The notes below the pieces were generated by a model. It did no database searches. It saw only the letters and a program-made list of their open reading frames with translations, and was not told the origin of the DNA. Both the position numbers and the translations under genes were made by a program. DNA of 64,000 nucleotides, from contig CM102290.1 of the NCBI GenBank assembly GCA_046563655.1, positions 372,001 through 436,000 of the forward strand. The letters are read 5' to 3'. This document shows positions 1-13,666 of the stretch, piece by piece. The DNA comes from Yuukianura sp. NJ FZ-2021 (Eukaryota). Position 1 is the stretch's first letter, and every line of letters starts with the position of its first letter.

Positions 1-683
1 TGAGCTGTGATAAGGGTGAAAGTCGTTGGTATGGATGAGCCTTCGTCTTCAATTTGACTTTTCTTAGCCAGTCAACCGTCCAAGGACTCCTCCACTTTCT
101 CCCCTTCTCAAATATTCTCACCACTTCCAAAAAAAGTCTAAAAAGCCCGAAAAACGGAAAAGTTGGCGTTCTGCTCATCTTTTTCTGAGTCCCGAGCGGG
201 TGATGATGGTATTCAACAGATTCCCCCCTGCCCAACTCCGTAGTCCAAATATTCTCACCACGAACAAAACGCCTTTACGCTCTCTCAAAATCACATAAAA
301 ACCACATCACCATCATCTAACATTACCCATGGACTTAGGAAAAGTGTACCATCAGGGACTCCAGTGCTGGAGTAAGGGGGGGGGGCCTTAGAAAGTGTGG
401 AAGGGCTCTCTGGTGGATCAGAGGAAATGAGATCTCCAACTCACCACCACCATCTTGGCTCAATCACATTTAAACTTCTAACAAACTCAACTTCATCACT
501 TCCGCTTACTTTCTAACCCAAAAGTTCAGAAGAAGGGGGGGGGTCTAGAACCCCCCCCCCTCTAAGGAGAGAAAAGTCCCATACAGCATAGTTCAAGAAA
601 AATCCCAGTTCATATCTTCACAGAATTTTTTCGTTATACTTTCTATCTAACGTTGTTCTCTGCTGCGATACTTTTTCTCGCAA

Positions 684-975
684 TATTTGGCGATATCTTT
701 TATTGTGATGTTTGGCGATATTTTTTATTGTGATATCTGGCGATAACTTTTATGAAGATATTTGACGATATTTCTTATTGTGATATCTGGCGATAACTTT
801 TATGAAGATATTTGACGATATTTCTTATTGTGATATCTGGCGATAACTTTTATGAAGATATTTGGCGATATTTCTTATTGTGAAATCTGGCGATAACTTT
901 TATGAAGATATTTGGCGATATTTCTTATTATGATATTTGGCGATATTTTTTATGAAGATATTTGCGATATTCGAT
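684..975. repeat. Minisatellite, 25-bp subunits in a 50-bp dimer
   Basis: GATATCTGGCGATAACTTTTATGAA alternates with GATATTTGRCGATATTTCTTATTGT; unit starts at 732, 782, 832, 882 and 932. Confidence 0.9.
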
Positions 976-2277
976 ATAAGTTGTGAAGGCTACTCTTCGT
1001 TCGTTCCGTGGTGGTTTTAGTCGCAAAGTGCAGCTCCCTTGAGGGCCCCCTTGCCTGCAGGGGGTGGGGGGGTGATTTGGGGTGGGGAGGGGGAGCATCT
1101 GGTTTGTGAATAATCGGCGGAGGAAAGAGAGACAAGGGAAGCTGGAAGTGATCTAATTAAGGCACTTCCTTGACACTTTATGGACCATTCCAAAGGCCCC
1201 ATCGTCCCTTGTGCAAGTGAGACACTCGAAGTATCCACGAGGAACAAGACACTCTCAGTCCCTCAATTAATCCACCCTAACAAATGAACAAAAGTGTCAT
1301 AAGAGGCCAAACTCAAACTGCGTAACGCACAACAACCATTTATTTATGAACCAAATCTGAAAGGGTGTCACACCTTGGAAGGCAAACTTAAACCTCTGAT
1401 TAATTACTAACCAACTTACAAATTAATTCAAATCCCTCCAAATTGTTTCAAAAAGTCACAACTTTTACTCAAAAATTCATTTTTTGTGGCAAAAAAAAAA
1501 GAGAAGATTTCTCCTCTTTTGAAAACAGATTTCGTAAAAACTCTTTTTCTTTCTACCTGAAGTGACTGAAGCTTTTGAATTTTTCTTAATGCAGCCTTTT
1601 GTTTTTTGTGTTTTTTTTTTGCCGAAAGAATTAAACTAGAGAAAGTGGTTAAAAAAGTGAAAATTGTAGAGAAAAAAAGTTTGAGTGGAGAAGAAAAAAG
1701 AAGTTAAGGAAGTGATGAGGTTTTTATGTGAAAATGTAGAATGTAATCAACAGAATTTTTATTAGAATTGGACTCTCTCTTCCATTTTCCCGCCAAAAAG
1801 TCATTCCTCTTCATATCTCCCATCTTCAAAAAAAGAGTCTTCTATCATCTCTGTCCAAATTGGTTCTAAATCAAACCTCCAATTGTCATTTCCACCCCAC
1901 CCAGGAAGGGGCGGTGTGAAAAGTTATTTTCATTTTCATGTTATGTTCAAAACCGAAAAAAATTAGTTTGTTGAAGTTGTAATTTAGAGCCTAACTACTC
2001 CGCTAAGACTTTGATCCGATGTTTGGTGACTGAAACAAATGAAAGTGAAATTAGTCATGGAGTGAAAGTGTAGGAAAAAGAAATATGGCTGCTGGAAGGA
2101 TGGCAGTTAACATGGATAATTAAAAGAATAAATTCTGGAAGAGAGTTTCAGTCTCCCCCTCAGCCCCCCCCCCCATTTCTCTCACCCCCCCCCCCTTCTA
2201 TCCATGAACTGCTTTCACTTCCGCTTACTTTCCAGCAGCTCCCACAACTCTCATCATTTAAAAATTTCAAAAAAAAA

Positions 2278-2470
2278 AATTTCACTTTTGACCAAATACA
2301 AAAAAATAACTTCAACTTTTGGCCAAATACAAAAAAAATAACTTCAACTTTGGCCAAATACAAAAAACTAACTTCCACTTTTGGCCAAATCTGAAAATCT
2401 AATTTTGACATTTGGCCAAATATGAAAAACTAATTTGTACATTTGACCAAAATTGGAAACTAACTTTGAC
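2278..2470. repeat. ~30-bp degenerate tandem repeat abutting a TMTC2 acceptor
   Basis: AACTTCAACTTTTGGCCAAATACAAAAAAAT-like unit, about 6 copies. Confidence 0.8.
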
Positions 2471-2484
2471 CTTTGACCTTTCAG

Positions 2485-5400
2485 CTGCTTACGTCTCTCT
2501 GGGTCACGTTCTGGTGGCCATGGGTCGTCGGTCAGAGGCTATGCAAGTATTTGAACGCTGTTTTCAACTGGACGATGAAGGTGTCAAGGACCTGAAAACT
2601 CACTCAGAAGCCAAGGTCACGGCCATGCTATGTTTCGGAAGACTTTTGCTGGAGGTAGAAGATGCAACTCGGGCAGTTGGAATCTACCGCCAGGCGCTGG
2701 AACTTATGCCACCCAACTATGCCGAAGCACAGGTAAGTCCACCCCACCCCCAAAAAACAATTAGGAAGATTAGCTGTCCAATTAGTAAGAGTATACGAGT
2801 GAAAGGCACTGTGGGTCGGAAATCCTATTAGGTTAGGTTATTTCCTTTTGTTAGGTTGAAGTTTACGTTAGGTTGCTTTTGTTGTGTTTAACTTAGGCTC
2901 CTTTGAGTGGGATTGGTTTAAGGTAGAGGTGAAAGCAATGTTATTCGTAAGCTCCATTGTTAAAAAGTTTTTCATTGAACTTGTTTTTCTAAGCTGAGTC
3001 GAGCGATCAAAGAATAATTGAAATTGATACTCCTACGCCCTACAGTTGACTCGTGAGTCATGAGTCATAAAGTTGACTCACGACTCACCACGGTTCAAAA
3101 GGTATAGCTCAATTGATTTTGATTTCTTTTGTTCATCCCGGGAACCAACTGCTATGTGTTTTCTTCAAAAACATAAAAAACAATCGATTTTTTTTATTTC
3201 CTTTGATGTTTCAGGTTCAATTTAAATTTTAGACACAAATTCAATTTCTTAACAACAGACAATGAGTGATTGTGGGAAATTCAAAATTTCCCACATCTCA
3301 TTTTAATTTTAACTTTTTTGAAAATATGTAAACTCAATTTCTTCCCGCGTAAAGTGACACATCGAAATTCAAAATTGTGTCACGTCAAATTCTCCTGCCA
3401 AAACTTCAAAATTGAGTGAAAATATTTAACAGGTTTTTCCAACCTGTTAAAATGAAAAACGTATTACAAATTTCCTGAAGAGCACAAAACGGAAAAAGTT
3501 GAATGACTTTTTGGTGTCGTCCTATCACCAACAGACAGTTTTTGGAACAACTCTATACAGTACACTATGTTTACTTTCACTTTACCTAACTTTTTTTCCC
3601 AAAAACTAATGTTGTCTCTCTCTTTCCAAAAAGTGAAAGTGAGACGTTATTTTATGTTTGTGTGTAAAAATCTGTGATGGATGTCTCCTTTATTCCTCTG
3701 TGAGTTCTATTTCTGACACTCTGCTTAAACTTTGTTTTCTTCCCAACTCTGCAGCAAAAGAAGAAATAACCTGGCGGGAACGCGAATTTAATTTGATTTG
3801 TACTCGGTAGTTTCTTTTTATTGGAAGGAATTAGGCTTTCTCTCTCTCCTTTGCTTTCTCTCCTCCTCAAAGTTCTTCCCGTAGAGAAATGGAGTCCGAC
3901 TAGAAGTTAATTGAATTCTAGAATTCTTCATTTCCGCTACTCCTCCAACTGGGCATGGGCAGACCTGGGCAGCCAGTTGAAGGGGTCCCCCCAAGGGGAG
4001 GGGGCCCTATTTTTCTTTCCCTCCAACTTCCTAGAGGATCCTTTTCAATTTTGTGTGGATTCCTCTGGAGACGAAGCCCCTTATTCCTTCCCTTCATCAT
4101 CCCTCCACTCTCCATCAAAGAGAGAAGTTCCATTTGTATTAATATCCAAGAAACAGCTACCAATAAACCACCAATTACCCACACAACGCACAACAGCCGT
4201 CAGGTTGCGTTAGGTTCCCTCCTTTCACCGCCACACACACACAACCTTACACTGAAGATTGATTGAGCGTCCCCACAGTGGAACTACTCCACTAACTATA
4301 ACCGCCTAAGCCCAAATACACTTTCCCCTGCCACACACTCAATCAACTTTCACTCACGACCTTCTCATCTCCAGCATCACCAAAAATCATCTTCCTCTTC
4401 ACCACAAACCCAGTCAACCAATACCGATTAGAGACGCCTCAATTTTTAACGGGAAAACAAAAGAAGACACAATTTACTCGATACTTAATGATGCTGTAGC
4501 TCAAAATACTATATAACATCGCTAGAAAATAATTTAAATTAAAAAATAATTCAAAAAAAAGTTGACGGAAGTGGGATTCGAACTGGCAGGGCTACTCAAA
4601 CAAGCTAAAAGGCTCAATTGCTCATCCAAGACCTACTTAAGTAAGGTGCTACACATGGGTCCTAATTACTCAAAATACTGTATAACTAGATGATACCTCA
4701 CAGTTTAAAGTGAAAGAAAAATGATGACGGAGGTGGGATTCGAACTGGGAGGGTTACTCAAACTACATAAATGCTCAATTGGATGCCACCGGCCTTAGAA
4801 ACAAGATATGGCCAATTTGTCTGCTTGGGGTTCGATTCCTGGTAAAGGCAAGTATATTTTCAGGATCGGGGTGACGACATTTGTGATCTTTACCGCATGC
4901 CTCAGGGTGCGGCGGGAACAATGGAGTAATGGACCTTGTAGAGGGTTTGGCAAATATTTTCTTTGAGCGTCTCAGATGATTCCAAAAGTGATGATCAAGT
5001 AGGATACTTTTGGTTCAAAATTTTCCCGCCTCGGTGAAAGTTCAAATTCCCGCTCAAGAGTTCAAATGTAGGCTAACGCTTAGAGTAAAGGAAAAACATT
5101 GAGCTGGAAACGTGGAACTGAGGCTGTAGGCGTCTTGACGATTTGGCGCGTAGAGCATTTGGCTTATCTGTGCCTCCTGGCGGGATCTTTGACGGTGGGG
5201 TGAAAATGGTTGCATTGAGCCGTTCGTTAGGTTTTGTCCGTATGATGATTATTAGTTTTTCCTTTCTTATCATGACGCTCCCTGAATTCGAACCCCGGGG
5301 GGAACATTCAACAATAAAAGTCTCATAATGGTGCTGGAGACCATGGACTCCTGAGCAGAGGGGAACCATCACCCTCAATTCCATTCACCAAAAACCAATA

Positions 5401-8400
5401 TCACACTTTCACTTTCATCAACCCACACACCAGAAATCCTCCAGAGGCCTTTTCAAAAACGAAAACTTGGAAAATATTTAACTTTTCCCGCACTTTCCTC
5501 CTTTCCTTTCAAAACTGTCACTTTTCCCTCCATATTGTTCAGGAAACGGGATTTGGCTATGCTCCTACCCCCCATAGCCCAGTCAATGAAAAAATCCGCT
5601 TCGATTCCTAAACCGTTTGAGCGGGAAGCTCAAAAAAGCAATAAAAACATTCAAAATTTAAAACAAACTGAACATGACCAAAAAAAATAAGTAAGACTGA
5701 CATTTTTTGTTATCATTTTTTAGTTTCTTTTTGAGTTAAATTTTGAAAATTGTTTGCGGTTGATTTTGGCGCCAAATTTTGATTGCCTGTTAGTTGTTGG
5801 TGTAAAGGGAGAGTGAAAGTGAGGGATTGAGATTTTTGGTGGTCGTTAGCGTGGGAGAGTTCGTAATAAACAATTCCATTATTATCCGCCTCTCCTCCAT
5901 AGCTTAATCTCCGTTTTTTCAGTGAGGGCGGAGGCCAATAAACGTCTTGCCAGAGCCACCAGGAGGCCATAATTAATCCACCAAAGGCCTCTTCCCGCCC
6001 TCCAGTCAACTACGATTCCCAAATTACCCCAATTTTTCACTTTCTAATGAGATCCAGCTCCATTACCCAATCTACGTCTGGCGGACATTTCAAAATGAGA
6101 CCCGGAATTTAAAAAGATTTGGACAAAAGAGAGAATGAAAAAAAAAGAGAGAAAATTAAAACCAAGTCTAAGCCTAATCTGTTTAAAAAAAAGTCAGCTT
6201 CAAATAGGTTCATCATTCTGTTACTTAATTAACAAGGATTGGGTTAGTTAGGCTAACAATTTTTAAGTTTCCGGTTAGGTTAGTTAGTGAAATCGGTACC
6301 GTTTTTTTTTGCCCCGACTGTATACTGCAAGAAAGAGTGAGTAAAAATACTTAGACAGAGTGAGATTCGAACCGCATCCTGCTGTTCCAGGGTAATCGCT
6401 CTCACCATTGAGCTGCCCAGCTCTCAGTACTTACCGCTCCTAAATACTGCCTTAATCTGAACCAATTAAGTTTAACATATTAGGATTAACTTAACTATTT
6501 TTTTCGTTTGTAGAGCATCTACAATGCACTGGGTGAAGCCCTTTTTCGCAGCGGAGCGACATCCGAGGGAGAGCGGTGGGTTCAAGAAGCTTTGCGACAA
6601 AAACCTGATCACATTCCAGCGTACCTCACGTACGGAAAAATGTTGGCGCGAAATGTAAGCCAATACTAAAAAAAAAAAGTTTACTTTTTACACAAGGTTC
6701 ACGGTTTTAGGTTAAACTAAAAGGTTAGCTTACTGTTAGGCTAAGCTTTTTTTCTGTATTTTTGGATAGTTAGATAACTTTTTTTTCCAAAACTCTCACT
6801 CTAGTTTTTTTACGCTCCAATGCATCCCAAACTTTTTTTTAGAAAAAAGTAAGCTAAACGGAAATGTAAAAAACATTTTCACTCCACATTTTCTGAATTT
6901 TTTTTCTGTTTTTCAAAAGGCGCCAAAATTTGAATAACTGGAGAGTTAAGGCTCCGCAGGGCGAAAGGAAGAGTTTAGTCCAATTTACTTTTTCTTTTTC
7001 CAATATTTTTCTCCACTTCTCAAATTATTCCTGATCACTCACCCCGTACAAAACGAAATGCAGTAGGATTTCGAAAAGTAAAAGTTTCAAATTTCCCTCG
7101 CTCCAGAGGCACAAAAATTCCAACTTTCGATACAAAAAAAAATGTGACAACAATAAAATTTTTTTTTGTTTCATGTTGGGAAAAGTTTAACGGAGAAAAA
7201 GTGAAGCTTCGCTTAACTTTTTTTTTGCTTTCTCATGTAATTTCCACTTCCAAAAAAATTTTTTTTTCAAAAACATTTTTTTTTGGAAAAGAGTCGAGAT
7301 TTTGAGGGAATTTGTTTTGATTTTTAGAAAACGCGGTTGCTGGAGGCCGAGTCTTGGTTCAGACGTGCGAAGAAACTTGCACCAGGAGACTCATCCGTTT
7401 ATCATCATTACGGTACACGAAAAACACATTCCACTCTCCACCACTTTCACTTTTGTCACAACCAACCCAAAGTGAAAGTCCTAGTAACATTAGTTCGGAC
7501 TCTTTTTTCAAAATTTTGAATCTTTTTTAAAATTTTGATTCTTTTTTTCATAAAAAACGTAGGTCAGTTCCTATCAATGCAAGGGAGACACTGGGAAGCA
7601 GCGGAAGCTCTCGTCACGGCAGCCACTTTGGCGCCAACAGAATACGACATTATCGTCGGAGCAGCAAATGCTCTGCGTCAAATCGGAGAAAACAAAGGAG
7701 CAGAAAGTTACTACGAAAAAGCAGTCGCTCTGAGGCCAAAGGTCAGTTAACTTAGTTAACTAATTAATTAATTAGTTAATTAATTAAATTAATTTAAAGT
7801 TAAGTTAACCGTTTTCCTTAGTTCCTTTCTCCCGCTGCGCTCTAATATTGTTTGGCAATTGGAATTCCGCCGCCAAAATTCAGATTTTGACAAAATTTTT
7901 GTCCGCAAGGATTAAATTCTGCCGTGTTCCTAGTTTTAGACTCCCCTTAAAAAGTGGATCCAGAACAAAGTCGCACTAATACACTGAATCCTCCTGCACT
8001 TTCACTTTTCCATTATCCCTACTTCTGACTTTCTACCTTGATAAATGAGCTTCTCCATTTCCTGAGGTTTTCCAGCTGGATTAAACTCAAATCCACAGTT
8101 TTTTCTCAAAAAGATTAAATTATTCAAAGGTCATTGCCCTTTGTTTTTTTTTCCTTGTCTAATGTCGGCATGTCAGTTATGCTCAAGGTTCGTAAACAAG
8201 CAAATAGTTTTTCTCTTTAACAGGTTAGGCAATAAGTCGCTTTTTTTTAACCCCCCCCCCCCCTTTCCAAACAAGACAAAACACAAACACTTGCACTTGC
8301 ACAAAACAAGTCTGGGTGAAACTTGGGTGAAAAAAAAAGTTTGGGGAGAGATTTCCTGAAACCTGGACTTATTGCCTCATCTGTTAATTCTATTTTGTTG

Positions 8401-8771
8401 CTATAGGAACCTTGGTTATGCTAATTCTATTCTTTTGGCGGGAAATCCCATTGTTTGGCAGTTTTGACTTTCTTGAGCAATTTTCAAAGGTCATTGACCT
8501 CTATGACCTTGTTGACCTCGAAGGTGATAGACCTCTGTTTTTTTTTCTTTAGGAGTCTAGAGCTCACATGAACCTAGGTGCAATTCTGCATATAAATGGG
8601 AAGTACCGTGAAGCCGAAGAAAGTTACCTTGCAGCCCTTGAGCTCAAACCAGCCGACGACGTGACGCTTCTGAACCTCAAGAAGTTGCGTCAACTTCAGT
8701 CGCGCGTCAATCAGTCGTCGTCGGCTGTCGGATGTCGCCGATCTTCTGCATCACCTTCACCTCCGACATAA
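2485..8771 (+). CDS. TMTC2: TMTC2-like protein O-mannosyltransferase, C-terminal TPR region; 5'-partial; join(2485..2732,6514..6654,7328..7412,7563..7741,8553..8771)
   Basis: Five exons with AG/GT boundaries and consistent phases (1-0-0-1-0). They splice to AAYVSLGHVL...YAEAQ|SIYNALGEAL...KPDHIPAYLTYGKMLARN|KTRLLEAESWF...YHHYG|QFL...AVALRPK|ESRAHMNLGAILHINGKYREAEESYLAALELKPADDVTLLNLKKL. Tandem TPRs with DHIPAxLTYGK and MNLGAILHxNG motifs match my recollection of the TMTC2 C-terminus. Upstream exons (TM/DUF1736 part) are not seen and are presumably before the window. Confidence 0.9.
4500..4855. repeat. Two ~170-bp tandem units with tRNA B-box-like cores plus an inverted B-box
   Basis: CTCAAAATACT.TATAAC...TGACGGARGTGGGATTCGAACTGG.AGGG.TACTCAAAC...GCTCAATTG occurs twice. 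GGTTCGATTCC lies on the opposite strand at ~4829. Confidence 0.65.
6353..6425 (-). mobile_element. tRNA-derived SINE-like head / tRNA pseudogene
   Basis: The minus strand reads GAGAGCTGGGCAGCTCAATGGTGAGAGC...GGTTCGAATCTCAC, with Pol III A and B boxes but no clean cloverleaf. Confidence 0.6.
8184..8414. mobile_element. CAAGG-ended MITE, hAT-like (subfamily 2), in last TMTC2 intron
   Basis: CAAGGTTC...GAACCTTG termini, subterminal TAACAGGTT, and a perfect 8-bp TSD GTTATGCT (8176-8183 and 8415-8422). Confidence 0.85.
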
Positions 8772-11359
8772 AAATGAAAACGAACGACGTCAAACGTAAA
8801 ATTCTATTTTCAAATTTCTCCGCCTTCGCTTTCTCGTGCAACTTACAATTAATTTTTTGAAGACAAAAAATACTGTCATATCCTATGCACCCATCGCTTA
8901 AAAAATTATATGACCAGCACTTTATATTTTCTGGTCAAACTTTTTTTTTTCAAAAAAGTAAAATTTTAAAAAAATATAAAAGTATTCACAAAAGTTAAAC
9001 TAGAATACTTGTGGTTTATGGATTAAATATTTTGAAAACATAAAAAATATCCTGTTCTTGCTGTATTTTAAAACAAAAACATTTTCAAAAAAGATGATCA
9101 TCTTTAATTCTAAAATTTTCAAAAAGACTCAAAAAGTATTAGTTCTATAATCTTAGTCTCAAACATTATGAAGCGGCAAAACTCTGTTTAAAAAAAAAGT
9201 TTTTAAAAATTTTTGAGAAAGTTGTTTTTTTTTTAAATTGTGAGAACTTATACACTCGAAAAGTGGAAATAAAATATGCTTATTGATGTGTACGTTGAAG
9301 AGAGAGAAAAGTTTTTGAGTTTTTCTTGGTGAAAGCCGATTTCTTGCTCATTATTCCACTTGAAGTGGTTCACAAACTCAATGGGAGCTCATTAGACTTT
9401 TTTTTAAAAAACGAAAAAAGTTTTTCAAAAAAAGAGCGGGGTGGCCTGAGGGGGCGGGCGAGAAAAACTTTGAGCAAGTTTCAGGAGGGGGGGAGGGGTT
9501 CAAAAACGTTTTTCCTTTGAGAAAATAATGAGCGACGCCCTGAGATCCGTCTCTGGGGCAAGTTGAGACCCCCCCCCATTTAGACCCCCCCCCACCTTTT
9601 GCCCATCTCTTATTCCATTTCCCTTTGCTGAAATGAACTCAAAAGAGAGACCTAATGAAAGATACAGGGACTGCCGTGCATATAGATAGAATTTCTTGAG
9701 TAACTTACCAGATTATGAACCTCAAACTTTCATCAATATTCTCTTACTCTAGTCACTAGCGTTAATTAACCCCCACCAGAGAGAAAGCAGTGGGAAAGAA
9801 TAGGAAGGAGGAAGCGCCAAGTTTTTTCTTAAATTTGAAAAAAAGTTACAGCCTATCTTCCTCCTCTTTTCCTTGGCGGCTCTTCATTATAATTTTACAG
9901 TTCAAAATCCCCAAGAAAGCCTCTTTCCCTAATTATTTATAATTTGAAGACTTAGCAAAATTTAGTAAATTATACAGCTACCCAGTTTTTATTTTCGGCG
10001 TTTTCTAAAATTTTGTTGCGTCATCGGCAAACCCGGTTCTCAAAAAGTTGAAATTTTGAATTTTGAATCGACGGCTAAAATCTAAATTAAAAAACATTTT
10101 TTTAATTTAAGTTTGTAAAAAACAATTGTTTTGTATTTTGTAGTTTTGTATATTTGGATTCTGTAACTTTGCATTTTGTAGTTTCGTATTTTTTTAAAGT
10201 GTATTTTCTTCGCGAGTTGGCCGGAACGCATTGGTTAAGTTGAGTTTCTGCCAGCCAGGCAAAAACAACATTTCTGCCAGCCAGGCAGAAACTACTATGT
10301 CTTTTTTACCACATTGGCAGAAATGGGCAAAACCGTTTCAGATATTTTTTAACGTTTTTTTTTTTAAAGTGTTCGTAGAGGGCGCCACCTCTGAAGGAAG
10401 TGAAAGTGGCAGCGGAGCGAAAGTGTATTTTTTGGTTGAAGTGAGGCTGCCTGTCGTTTATTGGACTCATTAGGGGATTTGAAGTGGAGACTCATTAGAG
10501 TTGGGCGTGTTGATTGAGGGCCGTGGCAGAAGAGGAACGTGTAAGTGTGACTGAAGTGGAGGGAAGACTTGAAATAATTATGAGGTCCGTTGTACAGAAT
10601 GGCCGTGGGGAACAACTTCCAATTCCCGCTCTCAGAAACTGAATTTCCAGCACAAAGTCCAGCACCAATCCCAACCTCGAGTCACTCCCGTTGTGGCGGC
10701 ACAAAACTTGTTTGAAAATGAAGATGGACGGAGAGAAGGAGAGCCTTCTGACAAAACCCGCCAACGTTCAACTTCACTCACAACAGAATTACGTGGATTT
10801 CCCAAGGGCTATCTACCCTCAGACTTCCCCTAAAACAAACCTATCCGCCTAAAACTTTTCAACGGTAGACAAAAACCAGGGAAACTTCAAAGTCAACACT
10901 CATTTCCCCCTGATCAGGTGACTCTGATTCAACAAAAACCTTAACCTTTGGTCAGGAGTCAACTCAAGATTCGACGATAAGTCTATAGTTACTCCCTCCA
11001 AAATGATTTGAACGCCGGTTGAACAAGGTTGCGCAGGCGGAGGTGACCCAGAGATCAATCTTGGATTCAGAGATGACGTGCTGCGAAGTGTCATGGCGTG
11101 TGTCACATTTCAAATTTAATTTGACACTTTCCACTTTCTCTTCCACTGTCACATTAGTTAAGATCTAATTCATCAAAATGCGTATAGGAGGTAACCTAAC
11201 AGGTTACAGTAACCAAATGGTTACCGCATGTTAACGTAACCATTCACTGTCAAAGTAACCATCCAGCATAACTTCTCATCTTTTCACTGTCCATGTAACT
11301 ATCCAGCATAATTTTTCATCTTTACTTTAAAAAAAAAACTTTCAGAATTTGGGAAATCC

Positions 11360-11624
11360 CAATGTTCCTTGACAACGAAAAGTCAATTTTCTTTAACAGG
11401 TTGCGTATTACCTCGCTTGTTGACAGAAAAAACGAAAAAAAAAATGGCACCAATTTTAGCACCAATTCGAAAAATTTCTACAAATTCGTATGCAAAATTT
11501 AAAAAATTCGGCTGAATTGTTATGACTACGATGCCCTGAAATGAAAGACAATTTTTTTTTTGCAAAATAAAAAAACATGAGGTATTACCCAACCTGTTAA
11601 AAAAATCAAAGTCAAAAAACCTTG
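11360..11624. mobile_element. CAAGG-ended MITE, hAT-like (subfamily 1)
   Basis: CAATGTTCCTTGACAAC...AAACCTTG termini and a perfect TSD GGAAATCC. The body is homologous to the 26018 and 42604 copies. Confidence 0.85.
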
Positions 11625-13600
11625 GGAAATCCAGTTATTAAAAAAATTCAGAATTAGAAACGCCTTTTCAAATTCAAAATTAAAAACGCCTTTTCAAATT
11701 ATCGATTCTCCAACTTTACTAAAATTGGAAAATTGATGTTTTTTTTTTTGAAAAAGTGGACAGGAATATTTAGTAGACACTTTGCATTTGACATGGGCAT
11801 CGTTTGCATAACGCGGGTCGTTGTCTGCCCATCGTTGATTTGGAAATGCTCTTGTTAATTTTAAAAGAAGGAGAGAGAGACGTTTAAATTAATAATTAAT
11901 GGCGGGTAAGTGGTGTCTCTTGCATTTGGATTTTGTCCCAGTTTTCGGCGTGTTATTTACCCTCGCCCTTTTGTTATTTGATGAGACGTTTCTTTTGGTT
12001 CTGGAGCTCCGCTGGAGCACTGCTGGAGAGAAAAGCACTTTGGAGGCTGGAGATGAGCACTTGAGCTGGAAGAGACGAAGCGCTCATCGCTATGCATACT
12101 AATCCAGAAGTGGAAGAACAAAAGAGTCAAAAGACCAACTCTGTTCCAGTGCCAATGGACTGTCGCTGACGCTCGAGACGCTGCTCTCAACTTCACAGTA
12201 ATCTGACGCCTTCCAGAATAAAAACGAAGGGAAAAGCAACAAATCCAAAAAGAGTTTTGCTACACAAAAGGCTTTTCCTCTGACTTTCGAATTCCAACTC
12301 CATTGGATTTCAATCCCAACTTTTGAAAATCCAATTTTCAAACTTCTCCATTCCTCTCACAATTTTGTTTTTTCCTTCTTCCTCGCTTGGGAATTTCAAA
12401 TATCCGTCCTGGACATTGCATCCACCTCACCAAAGGCAAAGTCATACTAGTTTAATACAGGGATTCAAAAACTGTCATGGCGACACTTCCATGACGACGA
12501 CATTGGCGACATTCCATGACGGCGACATTAGCGACATTCCGGGAAAGACAAAGGCATTAGCCGGTTGGTGTCAGTTTTCAAAGGAATTCTCTTCAACCTG
12601 TGAAGAGGAAAAAAAAAAAGTAGCGAATTTCTGTCCCAGTTTTTTCTGTAAAAAGCAAAAACCCCGATTTTTTTAAAAAAAATTTTAGAGTTGGACTTTT
12701 GAATCACGCTGTACATTTTTGCGGTAAATATTGAAATGTCGGACTCAACGTCCTAATAACTGCCAGAACAAAACGAGCTTACGGAATCAGAATTCAATTT
12801 ATGTTGAAAACCACTCTCCAAAAAAGAAAAAAATCACAAACACTTTTTTCAAAAAAGGGTGAAAGCAAGTGGGTGCATAAACGTTAGTTTTTTTTGAACA
12901 TTTAAAAAGGATGACCATGTAAGTGGAGAGATTCTGCGCAGTGGAGCGATAGTTCAATCGAAGCTGATTTGAATTCAAAGCGTTTTTTTGGCGCCAAAAT
13001 TCCCTTTGAAAAGGACGAAGTGAACAAGATGGCTGCCTCCTTTTAAGAACCTAGAAGGTTCTGTTCCATTTGCAAGGAAAATCCATTGGAGTTGATTTCA
13101 TGCAAGAATTATCAGGCGAACAGGGAAGAGTTGCAGGAAGAGAAAGTCTTTTCCTCTGAACTGTCAGATGTCAGAAAATGATAAAGAAAGACGCATCTGA
13201 TTCAGCACAAAAACTCACTACTTACCCCAACCCCAAATAACTTCCTTCTCTCCCCATTCAATCCAACTTTTTCCTCCAACAACATCATCCAAGTACACCG
13301 TGGTCCATAACATACCTAAAATAAGATGGAGGGAGTAACTATTCTTTAGGTAAAAAGCATAGTTACTCCATCCAACCTTCGTATAAGTATGGTCATGCAC
13401 TTGAAACATCTTGTACATCGAGGATTTTACAACTTTCACTTTTTTGCTTTCGAGTTGAACAGAACCGAAAAGGAAGAAAAAAAGTCAAGATTTTGGAAAG
13501 TTTACTTTTGGACCAAGCTGTACAATGTCTATTTCAGCACTTTCTTTAAATGGGTCTGAATTGGCAGTGTTATTTAGGGAAAGCTGAATATGGAAATGTA

Positions 13601-13666
13601 CAGTGTAATTCAAAAGTCCAGAAAAAGTTTTTTTTTTTAAACAAGTTTACGTTTTGAGTCAGACTG
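13601..13666. mobile_element. Tiny TA-flanked mariner-type MITE
   Basis: TA|CAGTGTAATTCAAAA...TTTTGAGTCAGACTG|TA. Related solo ends lie at ~12692-12713, ~13505-13521, ~14215 and ~27452. Confidence 0.55.

Noticed and set aside
2826..2900. TTAGG runs as interstitial telomere (also ~6275, 50720-50775, ~61988)
   Set aside because: There are only 2-3 imperfect units each, more consistent with low-complexity or TE-core sequence.
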